64,000 bases of DNA from Podarcis melisellensis (taxonomy: Eukaryota): the NCBI GenBank assembly GCA_964234715.1, contig OZ174278.1, one strand, 5' to 3'. Every line of letters starts with the position of its first letter. Positions within the stretch are counted from its first letter, which is position 1. Shown here one piece after another: positions 37,207 through 50,888 of this stretch. The notes beneath the pieces were generated by a model, which made no database searches, was not told where the DNA came from, and saw only the letters and a list, made by a program, of their open reading frames with translations. The position numbers were made by a program, and so were the translations under genes.

Positions 37207-39972
37207 TAAACTGCTATCAATGCCAGCACCTAATTCTTCATGAAGTTGGCTTAATGGACCATGCATTTGCCTACCATCAATATACCATTTTTCACAGTTG
37301 ATCCCTGGGATACAAGCAAGTATGCTGTACCGATAAATATGTGGCGTATGCATTTTCAATAAATTCTGCACCCAATGCAATTTGAAATGGGGAGGAGGGA
37401 AGGCTTCAGAATAAAACGGGTACACAGTTAAAACTTCAGTGCTCTGTATGAACAATCCTTTTGGAGGTAATTCCACTAACCCTCAAGTTTTTTGCAGATG
37501 GAACACATCTGAAGCTCAGCAGTCATAAAAAGAGAAACCATGAATTAGTCTGAGGTTTCTGCCAAGTTCCACAATTCTGGAATCCAGCCCATCTAAAATC
37601 ACTAACAGAATAACAATATTTCCTGAAAGGCTTTGTGGAAAGTCGTCTTCAAGAAGGAGGGCTGAATAGCCTACAGAAAATGTTGCTATTTATTTGACAT
37701 ATTACTTGGGGCTGGGGGAAGGGAGATGCATAATGGTCAGCGATTTCTGGGCTTATATATAGCCTGATAAGCTACCATAGACTGGTAAAAGCCCTGGGCT
37801 CAATTCCTGACATCTCCAAGCAGGGCTGGGAAAGGCCTGTCTGAAACCATGGCGATCTGCTGGGAGTTTCCTACATGCTCAAACCTCAGAAGCGTATCTG
37901 AGCCCAGGAGGGAACATCAACCCCTGTGACCAGGTGGCAATCTGAAGCCTCAGATTGGTCAGGTTCAATATAAATACCAGGCACTTGGCCTTCTGTCTTT
38001 GGCACTCCAGGTTCAGAACCAGTATGTCACGGGTCAGTGGGGTAACGGGGGTGGGGGGCTACTGCCTCTCTATCTTTTGCTTATGGGCTTCATGGAAGCA
38101 CCCAGTTGGTCAAAGTGGGAAACACAACATTGAACTAGATGGATCTCTGGACTGATCCAGCAGGGTTATTGCTTTCTGCATTTAAGGTCCCAGATTCAAG
38201 CTCAGGTCAATCGTTCTGAACTGGAGGTGCACCTTCCACATCTGAATTTTAGGTACAATTGCCAATGACTCCAGCTTGGTTGAGGCACACAAAAACAGCA
38301 AATGGGTGTATGGCATTTCAAGCCTAGACACCACATTAGTGCCCCCTCTCTATTTTGTCTGCAAACATGACATAAAGGCTGGCAACATCAACCCTGTCAT
38401 GTGGGGAATCCCTTGCAGACAACTGCAGTGCCTGGAGACAGTCAGTTTGTGTATCCTCAGCAGTGACCAGAGGAGAGATGACCTTTGGGAGGAGTGCAGA
38501 GAGAAGAAATGCCATGGTGCATCTGCAGGAGACAAACTGGACCCCTTCACCTGTCTCTCCCGAATCTGTCTCTACAGCCACAGCAGGCGCTGTAACGTTC
38601 CAACAGTTTGACTTCATTCCCCAAGGCACACTCCTCCATTGTCTCCCAAGACAGACAGATATCAACATGGATGGATGGGTATGTGAACATGTGAAAGGGA
38701 GTAAGTGTGCAAATGCACACTAATCCTTTGGTGAAGCCTACCAGCTAATTTAACCTTTTCAATGTGCCATCATCCACTGAGAAACAGTCAAATAAATAAA
38801 TAAATATAAAGCCTTTCACCCTGTTTCTAAAACTTGTCTAATGCAGCAATTTGTGAAGCATTGCAAAGAACTTCTACTGTTACAAGCACAAAGAGATAAC
38901 AAGAAATGTCATATTAAATCAGTGTCTGAAGAGTCACCAAACGTGCAGTAACTGAATGTGACTTTAATCAACGTTTGATGTATAAAGTTATGCAACACGG
39001 CATAAAGGCTAGCAGCCTTAGGTATTCTCTATTAAGTAGTATTGCCAGTACTGCTGCAATAGTGAACAGGTAGAAGTAAGAGCATAACAGTGAAGTAAGT
39101 TTAATTTCTGCAATAATACTGAACATAAACTTGTAGAAAGAGCCTACTGCCAATTATTTTCTCCTTTTTTAGTGTAAATCTTCTGATACCACTCCTGACA
39201 CCAGTAACATTAATAAAATACCCCACCTAACAAAACCAAAGAAAGTAACAAAAAACAGCAGTAACTCCTGCCCCAAATGTGCTGTTGAAGCAAGAGTGAA
39301 ACTTTCCATTTACTCCATTGGGATATGAAAACTACTCATGCATGCAAATATTTGAAGAACTGGATTGGTCAAATTACCACAGTTTCAATAGCTCTGACAG
39401 AGAAACAAAGCAAGCAAAGTTATGTTTGTTCTAACCCACTTGCAGCTAAAGTACAAAATTGGTCATTAAGGAACAGAGCTTCATAACCATTATGACACTA
39501 ATTTATAGTTTGACACACCAAACACACTTCAAACAAATCCTATGGGTAATTCTCACTATCATCTTATACTGAAACCAAGCTTGGAATGTAAAAAAAGGAA
39601 CGCTTTTATTTAGGCTTTTATTTATTACTCCTAATGCATTGGAATAATCTGATATATAACTTCCACAGTGAATTGGGTTAAGTGAATTTCAAATCATTCT
39701 GGCTGAAAACTTGCCCAGGAGGGAATCTCAGGAAGATCAATAGACATTACTCTTGGGAAGAATGTAGCCCTTCCATCTTCTGATTAAACCAACACAGGGA
39801 GAGAGACAGAAAGCACAAATCAAGTGTGAAATTACAGACCAAATAGGTTGATTCAGCGAAGTTCTGAACACTCAGCCCACCAGAAACAAAAGTTCTGATG
39901 TACAGTACAACATTAATTATGAGGGCTGTATGGGCTTAAATGGAGTAGCACTTAAGTAACTGCATTATTTAC

Positions 39973-40100
39973 CTGTGGAGAGCTGAGTAGGGAAAGGATT
40001 CATTTCTTTGTCTACCATTTTCTGGTACAGTGCTCTCAGACTGAATGGCTCCACAGTAAACGGCAGTGTCCCAGTCAACATTGCATACATATTCACCCCA
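39973..40100 (-). CDS. HUNK: HUNK coding exon (exon 5 equivalent), kinase subdomains IX-X
   Basis: 128 nt; tcttttacag|TGGGGTG...CACAG|gtaaat; GVNMYAMLTGTLPFTVEPFSLRALYQKMVDKEMNPFPTQLST. Confidence 0.95.
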
Positions 40101-41710
40101 CTGTAAAAGAAGAGTGGTGGGGGAAACTGTTAAGAGAAACAATTCCCTTAGAAACAAGACAAGGCATGCAAGAATGCATTAAGTTTACTAGCCTATGGTT
40201 TATCACACTTATGGAACATATATGAACATATGATGTTACTACTGGTCCATCTAACCCACCACAGTTTATTCCGATTGACAGCAGGTCTCAAATGTTCTTT
40301 AAAGGCAATGGTCTTTTCCAGCTTTGGTATCCAAGATCCTTTTCATAGGAGAAGCAGGGATCCAAACTGGGACTTTCTGCACCCAAAGCACTTGCTCTAT
40401 CACTGAGCTCTTCTCATAGAAGCCATAACACAATGTTCTCTAGAAGTGCAGCAACAGTCTGCTGGATCTTGTGTCTCAGTCATGTTTAGAGTAGACCCAC
40501 TAAAACCAATGGAGCTTTAGTGTGGTTAAGTCTGAATCCAACCCAGTAGCATTTAGCCCCCCTTCAGAGTATCTGCATAACCAGTTTCTTGAGAGATAAA
40601 ACCATTCATAGCATGAAGGATCACATTAGTTAAGAATTAATTCTGATTTGAAAAGTTCACAGTTTTAAGGGGTGATTTGGTTATATGGAAGTAAGATTTG
40701 TTTATGTGCAAAAGGACCATACATAGGATTGATTCACACTATGCTGCTTCCATGCACCAAGCAAGTGCAAAACCCAAGGACTAAGCAAGTGCATTATAAG
40801 GTATATCCTATAATACAGCATTCCCTGTAGACGAACAAGCTATGAGTCAACTGTCTCTCTCCTTAAATTAAATGGTGCAGGATGTTATTGCCTGAGAAGG
40901 TTAAAGGGCAAGAAAAAAGAACGATGGCATTCTCTGTTTGAATCAAGTCACAGTAAGAGCTTCTTCGTTCAGCAGCTCCAGCTTGCTGTGGATGGGTGAC
41001 CCTATGTAGGAGCAACCAATTAAGGAGCAGTGTGACAGTTTCGATTTGGATTTTCTCGAAGCACAGACACTGTAAATTGGGCTTCAAAATATAAAGCTCT
41101 CTGAACTAGCTGCTTGCAAACAAAGGACAAAGCAAAACAAAAAATCCCAAAGAAGGAAACTCGTATCTGTTCTTAACTGCACCGAGATCAATGGAATTAA
41201 TTCAAATTTCCAGACAGGGAAGTCTGAACATTTCTTGAAACACATTCATCTTTGTTTGCTTGTAGTACCCTGGAGTATTAAGATTTCCACTGCAGTCACT
41301 GAAAAGTTCGTATCAGTTCCTATAAAAGCAAATTATTTGACAAGTTTCTTCAGCCAAACATATCTCCTTGTTTTCTGTCAACAACATTCTGGGTAACTTC
41401 TGTCCCTGCTTCACAAACAGCTGTAGACCACAGTTTGTATATCCCAATGGCCAAGGTCAACGAAACACACTAGGCAGCAATTACTTTGGAGAATGAACTG
41501 TATCATCTTATGTTTGGAAATTCCTGGCAAATTGAAATCCTGACATTGTAAATGCTAACATTTACAATCAACAGCACTGTAAACTATTTTTCCAAAGTTA
41601 CATATTTTAATTTACCAGCAGCTCCAATTAGAACTTGTATAAAAGTCAAGCAAGAGAAGTCAACCCCCACCCCCTGCATGCATGTAGCTTTTTCAATTAT
41701 AGTAACTCAC

Positions 41711-41846
41711 ATGGACCAAACATCTATTTTGGGACCGTATTTTTTTCTTGCAAGCAGCTCTGGTGCTGCGTAGGCTGGACTACCGCACTGCGTGCTGAAT
41801 GGATCAGAGTATCCCAAGATACTTGCACAGTTGCTCAAGCCAAAGT
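41711..41846 (-). CDS. HUNK: HUNK coding exon (exon 4 equivalent), DFG-APE activation segment
   Basis: 136 nt; tttttcacag|ACTTTGG...TCCAT|gtgagt; (D)[44 protein letters not shown](I). Confidence 0.97.
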
Positions 41847-43989
41847 CTGTGAAAAAGAAAATAGAGCTTTCAACATTGCACAGGAGAAACAACAACCTCA
41901 CAATATTTGTACTTTGCTGCAATCATTTATGCAGTTAAAGGCTTCCTTTTTTAGTTAAGAGCTTTTTATTTGAGTCTAGGGGAAATTTAAATATAAATTT
42001 AGTCAGGAAACTGGAATAACACTTATGAAAAAAAGATGACAGTACGAGCTCAAGTGTCTTAAGTAAATGCATATAAAATAGCTTTCTCCTTGCCTGGTAG
42101 AACTATTTGAGAGGCTGGAATAAGAGTACAACCCTGCTCTCCTTGCATCTTTGCAACAGTGTGTGTGGTTGCATGCTACAGAACTGAGTATAGCCCTACC
42201 TATAACATCATGAGGATTTGATCAGATGCATGGTAAGGACTTGAAACCTATTTCTTAGGATCAAGGATGAAGTGATAGACATATAGAGGATTTACACGCC
42301 AAAATAGTATTTCCATCATTGGAGCCTGGGGTTCTTAAGGACATCAGGAGGGCTAAGGGAACGTGAAACCTGTACTTCGGATTGAGAGCACACTGTGAGG
42401 TTACACAATACCATGAAACAATCTTTTTTGTCATTGGGGCTCCCAAGGTTCTGGGTCAGAGGGAGAGACCCATTCGTGGCAATATATGATTACGCAGAGG
42501 GGTCACAGTGCACTCCCAAACCATGTTTAAGGCAGCACCCCAATATAGTATTTTCAGGGAGAATCCTAAAGCAATCCTAAAGGGGGGCAGGGCTTACAAT
42601 GAAATGGGGGCACAGCACGTGCCACTTTTCAGTTTGATGGATGGTAGTTCTATGTCTGCACATGTGTGTATATCTCCCTTAAAGGTTTTATACACCTTAA
42701 ACATTCAGAAACAGTCTCACACAGAGCTTTGTGTAGTTCACAATGTCTTGTTCGCTTTTTATTTCTGGTCCCATTTTAGGCAACAATTTTCATCACCTCA
42801 GAGGTGATGAAGCCTCTCTCATGAAATCATCATCATCTGGCTTCTACTGTGCACCCAGACTCATTGCTGCTAGAAAATGTGTAGGCAAAGAATTAAATAC
42901 ATAAACAGATGTTCTGCTAAGGGGAATATTTTCCTATCAATGCCCACAACTAGCATTAATGGGAGCTATAAACAGATAGTAGAATAAGATGAGTAATCTA
43001 TGGTGTCTGCAAAATGTGGATGAACAGTGCTCTGAATGAAGTTGATAGGCAGTTGAAGAATCAATGGGCCATTGACAAATTAGATATAAATATAAAAGGC
43101 TTCTCAACCAGTTTCACATTCTATTTCTGCAGATGAGTAAGCCAATCGTATGGAGTGGGTGGGGTTTTGCCTGATGCTGCAAGACTAAGGCTGTGTTCAC
43201 ACAACAGTGTATTTCATTTCCACAAAGTTACCTAATTGTTAATTGCTGCATTATATTTGAGCATTCACATGACATAAAAGCCACTTCCAGAAATGTAACA
43301 CAATATAGCACAAGTTTAGTACTCATCTATGTGTAATTGACTTCCAGGGGGGAAAAATCCATTTGCAAATAAAACAGAAAGGCAAAACTTTCTTGGAACT
43401 GAAGCTCTCAAATCCACCACATTAAAAAGCAATGGTATGGTGGTAGAAGGATGTTCACACTCCAACTATATTTGCAATGATATGCCATTATGCATGCTCA
43501 AATTTTAGATTCCCTGTTCTTAAAAACAGGAACAGAGCCCAGATGCTGCATTTGTCTGCGGCAAAAGTAGTGATTAGGGGCCGAGAATACACATTATTAG
43601 GACTACATGTGCATGAAAGTACATGAAAACAAGCATCAACCATTTAATTTGATTAATTTTCAGGGACTGTTAATTATATTTAAAATGGCATTTCCCCATA
43701 TTGCTTTAACCTCTCCATCGTTTTGTAAAAACAATGTTGATATCCCTTGTGAAAATGGCTTTTATTACCACAATTTTATGAGGAAGTATAGCTTCCTGAA
43801 GTCACCAACTGGTAAAAACTTGCTGGTGGAATCTGTCTCCCGAGTCAGAGATAGGAGGGGAGTATGTACACCCTAGGTGACAGATAGAGGTGGTTTGATG
43901 GATGTTTTTTCTGTTTCTTGTCATAGGGTAAAATTACATTCCTAACATATATCCATTGTGATTGATTTGTACTTTGTAATTTTGCCCAT

Positions 43990-44198
43990 ATGGAATAATG
44001 GTTGGAGCGTTGGACTATGATCTGGGAGACTGAGATTCAAAGCCCCAATCAGCCATGAAGTTCACTGGGTGACCTTGAACCAGTCAACACCTCTTAGCCT
44101 AACCTACCTCACAAGGCTGTAGTAAGGATGAAATGGGCAGGAGAACCAGTATACCACCTTGAGCTGCTTGAAAGAAAAGGTGGCATATAAATCTAATT
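43990..44198 (+). mobile_element. Older CORE-type tRNA SINE
   Basis: Degenerate tRNA head, CORE ctgggtgaccttgaaccagtca...acctacctcacaagg, tail gaaaaggtggcatataaat; followed by (TG)n at 44200-44221. Confidence 0.7.
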
Positions 44199-44565
44199 TT
44201 GTGTGTGTGTGTGTGTGTGTATTATTTTGTTGAATATTGCTTTTAGGTATTGTTTTCATTTGTTAATGCTTTGTTACTGAACTCGGGGGGGGGTTGGGTT
44301 GAAAAGGAGCATACAGGTGTGAAATTAAATGAAATCAAATCAAATCAATTTAAAGTGTCTTACTTGCAAGTAACACATTTGGGGCTGTATGCTACTTACC
44401 AGTGCTCATTGAAAAAAATTATATATGCATAGAAGACCACAGGATTGCAACTACTTTTGCAACATTCCTCTAAAAAGCACTGCTATATACTGCCACACAG
44501 AATGTTTTGGGACATTTATTATAACAAAAATACCAGTCAACAAAATTGCAATAAGAGTTTCATAC

Positions 44566-44621
44566 CAATAAGCTTGATATTGTTGTCATCATCAAGCAAG
44601 AGATTTTCTATCTTCAAATCT
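44566..44621 (-). CDS. HUNK: HUNK coding exon (exon 3 equivalent), catalytic loop
   Basis: 56 nt; ctgtttcag|A GAT TTG AAG ATA GAA AAT... = (R)DLKIENLLLDDDNNIKLI(D); donor ATTG|gtatga. Too short for the ORF track; phases 2/1 fit the neighbouring exons. Confidence 0.95.
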
Positions 44622-47440
44622 CTGAAACAGACAAACATGTTTAATGAGAATGCAGGCCTTCAAGCTTTTGATATTTTCAAAGTTTCAGTAACCACTGTCA
44701 TTTTCCACTTGCATCAGATTAGGATCTTAATGTTATGCTATAGAGATGATCGAGTTGTAGTCCAATGTAGTTACCATGCTGGTACACTTGGTCTAATATA
44801 TGTGTTGGGGCACAATCCATCAAACAGTTCTATTCCACAAAACTGACTGAAATTAATGAGAGTTGCACCGAAATATTTGGCTGGGAAGTCTAGTGGTATT
44901 TTCCAGCATTGTGGTATGTGTCATGAATTCATATTAGACAGTCTCCATTTGAAAAAAAACATGAGAACAGACAGCTTTTGTACAGAAAAAGAGAGTTTTA
45001 AAGGCTATGTATATTTCATTTATGCTATCAAATGATATTTACTGGGTCTAGTCTTCTGCATGGAAAAGAAATACAGGCACAATAAGGCTGAAAAACATAT
45101 ATCACCATAACGTAAGTGGAAGAAGGAAAATGGTTCACTGACTTCAAAGCATAGTTTGGGATATTTGTGGCCTTGTGCAGTTAAACTGCATTCCTAAGGC
45201 AAACCTATGGAAGAAAAGCCAACTTTGCATTTCAAAAGGAAGCAAATCTCAGTGCTGCAGAATTCTGACATAAATATTGCACTAGCCATCACACTGTACT
45301 TAAAATTAGTTGGCTGAATGCTTCTAGAGATCAAGCAACGGGTGCCAAGAAACAAAATTTAAGATGCCTGGAATAACTGTACTTGAGGGGTGCTATCAAG
45401 AGACTTTCAAATGTTTTTGTCACTGTTTGCATTTTATTTCCATAGCCTCTGCAATGTTCAAAATGCTTTACAATCACTATCTCTGTCATCCTCATAACAA
45501 CCTACCTGAGGGCCTATTAATGTTACCTCTTGGAACAGAACAAGTTGCCAAAAATGCCTAAGCATTTGACAATCCTGCTAACACTTTGTGTTACATAGAA
45601 AGGAGCAAGGCCAAACTGAATGTTGTAGAGGTTTAATGCATCAACTTTAAAAAATGCATATAGCAAGGGGGGGAGAGAGATGCTATCAAGACTGCACCAG
45701 GCATGGATGGGGAAATTTAACCTTTTCCTCCCCTGCTGATATCCAAAGGAAAGTATCTCTTCTGAAGTTGCTATGTGCATTGGAAGGAAAGCCCTCACTG
45801 GGGGCAACTTCAAAAGCGACATTTGCAAGTTACTTGAAGTTGTATCCTCTTCTCTATGAGTACCTGCAAATAGGCTTCATCAGCTGTAAAAAGCCACTCA
45901 TTGAGATTCAGAACTTTAAAAAGTCTCACAATTTTTGAAGTGAGAGTCAGGATGGTTTAAATACCTCAGCAATGCTTCAGAGGTGACTAGAAAGTTCTTT
46001 ATTGACTATGGGCAACCATGTGAATTGGAAGTCATAACAAACAAACAAAAGAACGTTATTGTTGTACTGTATGATAATCTATAAGGAAAGACATCTTTGA
46101 CATTATCCGCCAAGGTCTAACCAAATGCCATGAGTGACCCAAGCAAACAGTATGGTGACATGGTGAATAACAAAATAGATGAATTTTGAAAGAATTAGGA
46201 ATGTCCTATGACTAGTTGTTGCCTACATTCTCAACTGGTGTGTCCTCTAAGTCTTCCAATACATGGCCCAATGCGGGAAACTTGGGCTATTATCAGAAAG
46301 AGGCTGTCTGGCAGCACACCTATGATGCAGAGAATGATATTAGAAAAGGTAATTCTTAGTCCCTTTTACAGATAGGAAATGAAGACGGAGCGATAGTGGC
46401 TTGTCCAAGGTGATAGCATGGAGGTGCAGCATTCAGACTTTGATCTCTTACATCCATATGCTATTATAGCTCACAAAATACAGAAATGTGTGTATTTTAA
46501 CATCTCCCAAAGCGCTGCTTAATAACCAAATTCAAGGTGATATGCATCTAGTTCCACATTGAAAGAAATAGTGGGGGAAAACAGATACACAGGAAGCTGT
46601 CTTTGCCACTGGTACATTATTAAATTCCTTTCTCTGACATTCTGACAGTAATTGCACTGAATAGGATTGAATTTGGTTAAAATTACTTTAAAAGGGTTGT
46701 TGAGAATTTCCTGTGGGATGCTATTGCAAGCACCAAAGCCTTAACTTCATTGTCTTTGTTGTTCTTACTCCCTTAGGAAGCTTAATGCTCATCCTGTTTT
46801 TGACAGCATGAAGGCCTCTGTAAATATCTTCTAAAAAGAAAAGGCTTCCCATATATTGCCATTTGAGATTGTTTTCTTGCTGTCAGACAAAGAGACAATG
46901 ACTGCTATCTAATTCTGATTTGAGATTGATGCTTCTATGGCTTCACCAATGAACAAACCGCAGGCCAAAGTTTACAGACCTTCTCAAAATGACCCCACAG
47001 AGCCAGGACAGGCATCAGAAATGACTGCTTGGTAAGAGCTTTTGGCTGCAAAAAGGATGTACAGTATTCTTAAAACGGGGTTCTCAATCTGGCATTGCAA
47101 ATTTCATTAGGTCAAGGGGAAATCAGCCAAGCTTCCTCAAACGTTGCTAGAACAAGACAAACACAGACTGACAGTCCTGGAATCATCTTTTACAATATAA
47201 TCTGGCAACAAGCAATCCAAAAGAGCATGAAGAAGGCTACAGTACCCATCTTACATGCCTTAAACTCCAATTAATGATGGAAGACCCTAGGGAAGCCAAT
47301 AGCTCCCAAACAAAATGACTGGGCATGGTGACTGTGTTAAAAGGAGCAGCCCTGGGCTCCTTTAGAAGGAATGGCAGGGTAGAAATAAATAAGAGGAGCT
47401 ACTCTGGGATGCCTAGTGCTTTGGCACCAAAACAGATTCT

Positions 47441-47700
47441 GAGAACATAACAAGCCCTGCTGCAGCTGACTAAAGGGCCATATAGTCCAGCATCCTATTC
47501 TCACAGTGGCCAACCAGATGTCTATGGGAAGCTGACAAATGGAACAATAAAAGCACGCTTCCCGCTCTGCAACTGATATTCAGAGGCCCTCAATCTCCAA
47601 CACTGGGCACAGAACACAATAATCACTACTAGCAGCCTCTGCTTATCCTCCATCAATCTACCTACCCCCCTTTTAAAGCTGTCCAAAGCTATCCACACTG
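47441..47700 (-). mobile_element. CR1-like LINE 3' UTR remnant
   Basis: agaacataa...ccatatagtccagcatcctattctcacagtggccaaccagatg is a typical squamate CR1 3' end. Similar remnants lie near 28210-28400, 30230-30320, 38040-38165 and 57310-57440. Confidence 0.55.
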
Positions 47701-48177
47701 AACACACAGAACCCAAACAAAAACAAACCATGGGGCAAACTGCACATAACAGGAACCCATGAATTTCTTTTAAAGATATTGGTAACCTCACGTCATCTCT
47801 TTGGGAAAAACACCCAGGGAGGACTGAATTTTGTGGACAAACATTAGGAATTAGCTAGGTAAACCCTCCTTTTGGGTTCTGATTTACAGCCTTTGATTGT
47901 ACTTCACTGTTAAAACAGCGAAAAATTAGAAAAACAGAAAAACAGAAAATTAGAAAAGCAATTTGGTGTAATGTTTGCCCCATTGTCCCTTTGGGTTGTT
48001 GGGAACGGGAAGGTGAAGCAGTGGGCTCATGTAGTGTAGGAAGAGCTTACACTCCACTGGCAACTCTCTGTTCTCTCACAAGATAACAGGATTCATATTA
48101 TGTGAAATAATCCAGAAAATTGCTGGATACTGGTGGACTGGCTACTAGGTAGCATAAGTGAGAGTTTACAGAACACA

Positions 48178-48575
48178 GGCTGTGTTCACACATCATTCTA
48201 AGTCAAACCACGGTTTAACATGAATGTGCTGGCTCCCAGGGAGGAGACTGCTCCATTTTGCTCCTCCTCAATTCTTTCAACTCAACACAACATGACAGCT
48301 AAGATTTGGCTGAGTGTGTCATCTGAATGTGGGACTGTGCTTAAAACTCTCTCCTCCTTAACCATGATCTGCAGCCAAGAACAAACCTTGGCTAGATATC
48401 ATGGTTAAGAAGAGAGCTTAACCAAAAACCCATGTCTGGATGACACACTAAGCCAAGCATCGACTTAACTAACACAGCACACTAAAAACTAAGAGGACTA
48501 GAAAGGAGAATCAGTATGTTCAGGCAGTTTCAGTAAGCCACAGTTTAGCTTACAGTGTGACATGTGAACCAGGCT
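48178..48575. mobile_element. Decayed Harbinger-like MITE
   Basis: Ends ggctgtgttcacacatca / tgacatgtgaaccaggc with internal inverted segments (ttaaccatgat/atcatggttaa). Confidence 0.5.
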
Positions 48576-49838
48576 ACTATGGCTCACAAGGTTAAGGAGG
48601 TTTCACTTTTAGGCCAAGTACTGAAAATGACAGGCAGGACAAAAGAATAATTATTTCCTTAGCTGAAGAGTTGGATACCTTGAACACTTCTTTTAACCTT
48701 AAAATACCAAGTATTTTCATGACAGTAAAATTTTCTATAGCTGAATTCAAGGTCATAAAAGTTTTAAGGTTCTTCAATAATTACAATTCACTATTTTCAA
48801 TAACATGACTCATGTTGATAAGATGACTGAATTTAATCACTCCTCTCCCTCAATCTAATTATTTACCTACTTTACCACACAAGGACAAATAATTTGTGAT
48901 AGAGCCGGCTGAATATTATCTCTAATGAATTTGATTTTGTTGTTGGTGGAAGTCCTTACCTGTTCTGTTAAACAAGCTCAGAGATCATGAGTATATATTG
49001 TAAAAGGTACAGAAGCAAGAAATTCCATCCCGCAAGAACAGCCATGTCTTGTTTATCATAAAGAGAGAATGTGAACACCTACAGATCACAGATGTGCAAG
49101 TGCTGTTATTTTTAGAGCTGATTTAAAATAACTTCATCGCCAACTGCACTTAAGGCAAGAATGAATTGTGACTTTCTAAAGCATGGATTTAGCACTCCTT
49201 TTTAAAGGGTCCGTTATAATTAAAATAATAGCAAACTGCTTGAATTGATAGGTGACACATAGAGCTTGCACACTTTTAGAGCCTGCCTATAAAGCAACTC
49301 TCTACACTCCTGGCTGGATATTGTGCCAGTCAACTAAATCACACAAAGTAGAAAAGATAGGTATATAATTTAACCATTGAGGTTGCCTTTTCTGACATTA
49401 AGTCTTTCAAACTGGATTACAGCCCACAGTTAAAACAAAATATAATTTTAAAAAACACTTAAAATTAACCAGTGAACTAACATGTTTATTTTTTAAAAAA
49501 CACTGGCATATCAAGAATTAGCAACAAATTATAAAAAAATAAAATCGGAGTCCACAAAAGTTCTGTTGCAAAATGTACATTTTAACCAACCACCTGAAAC
49601 TCTGAACTGAAGAAGAATGATACGATTTCCCTTGGGAAGACTTTTCACATACAAGTTCCATCTTGTTTTATTTATAACTGCCACTGCTTAATTTATGTAA
49701 CGACAGATTGATTTTATTAAACTCTTGTTTAATAGTTGCTAAATGATATTTGCATCCGTGAACATACTGTAAAGATCTCTGTGAAGCCATGGTCTTCAAA
49801 AAGCAGAACACTCGTGTTAAATAAATAAGCAAGCTCAC

Positions 49839-50131
49839 CTGTGAACCACCCCTGCACGATGTAGGTGTTCAACAGCCAAGATAAGCTGCCGGATGTATTT
49901 GCGTGCTTCATGCTCTTCCAGCCGCTTTTTCTCATAGATTTTGTGCATCAAGTTGCCCCCTGGGCACAGCTCCATAACAAGGTAGTAGCTGTTTTCCGTT
50001 TCCAAGATATCCAGCAGCTGAGCAATGTAAGGGTGTCGGATCATCTGCTGGATCTGTCCCTCCCGCCTCAGATTCTTGGTAACATAGGTGTCCTTTTTGG
50101 CTCTTTTCTTATCAATAACTTTCACTGCCAC
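49839..50131 (-). CDS. HUNK: HUNK coding exon (human exon 2 equivalent), kinase N-lobe to the HRD loop
   Basis: 293 nt; acceptor tcccatcag|GTG, donor CACAG|gtgagc. Encodes VAVKVIDKKRAKKDTYVTKNLRREGQIQQMIRHP...AVEHLHRAGVVHR, recognised as HUNK, with the catalytic VAVK lysine. Confidence 0.97.
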
Positions 50132-50530
50132 CTGATGGGAAAGAAAGACAAGCCATAGTTATTATTACTATTCTTGTTATTGCTCCTAACACCAACTGTT
50201 CAATCATAACATTAACCTGAAAAAAGGGGGAAAAACACAGAAAGAAGGAACTGGATTGGGGGGGGGGGGAGTGAGAGCTGAATTATACGAATATAATCTT
50301 AATCCTCCAGTGATGTGGTCTTACATGTATGGTGTTTGCTTTAAACAATTTTCAATGTTGTGTTTAAAGTTGTTGTTCCTACCCTGGGACCTTATGGTGA
50401 AAAGTGGCTAGTACATTTATAAATATTATTATTAATATTAATATTACTGTACCTCCAAATGCAATACTAATTTAATTATGTCCAACACAGTTGGTTAAGT
50501 AGGAATTTGTGACTTCTAAGCAATCCAATT

Positions 50531-50888
50531 GGGGCCCAGGTGGCGCTGTGGGTTAAACCACAGAGCCTAGGACTTGCCGATCAGAAGGTCGGCAGTTTGA
50601 ATCCCTGCAACGGGGTGAGATCCCGTTGCTTGGTCCCAGCTCCTGCCAACCTAGCAGTTCGAAAGCACAAAGTGCAAGTAGATAAATAGGTACCACTCCA
50701 GCGGGAAGGTAAACAGCGTTTCCGTGCGCTGCTCTGGTTCGCCAGAAGTGGCTTAGTCATGCTGGCCACATGACCCGGAAGCTGTCTGCAGACAAACGCC
50801 AGCTCCCTCGGCCAATAAAGCGAGATGAGCGCCGCAGCCCCAGAGTCGGTCACGACTGGACCTAATGGTCAGGGGTCCCTTTACCTTT
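50531..50888 (+). mobile_element. Full-length Sauria SINE in HUNK intron 1, antisense to HUNK
   Basis: gggcccaggtggcgctgtgggttaaa...ggggtccctttaccttt. Perfect 14-bp TSD taagcaatccaatt at 50517-50530 and 50889-50902. Confidence 0.93.
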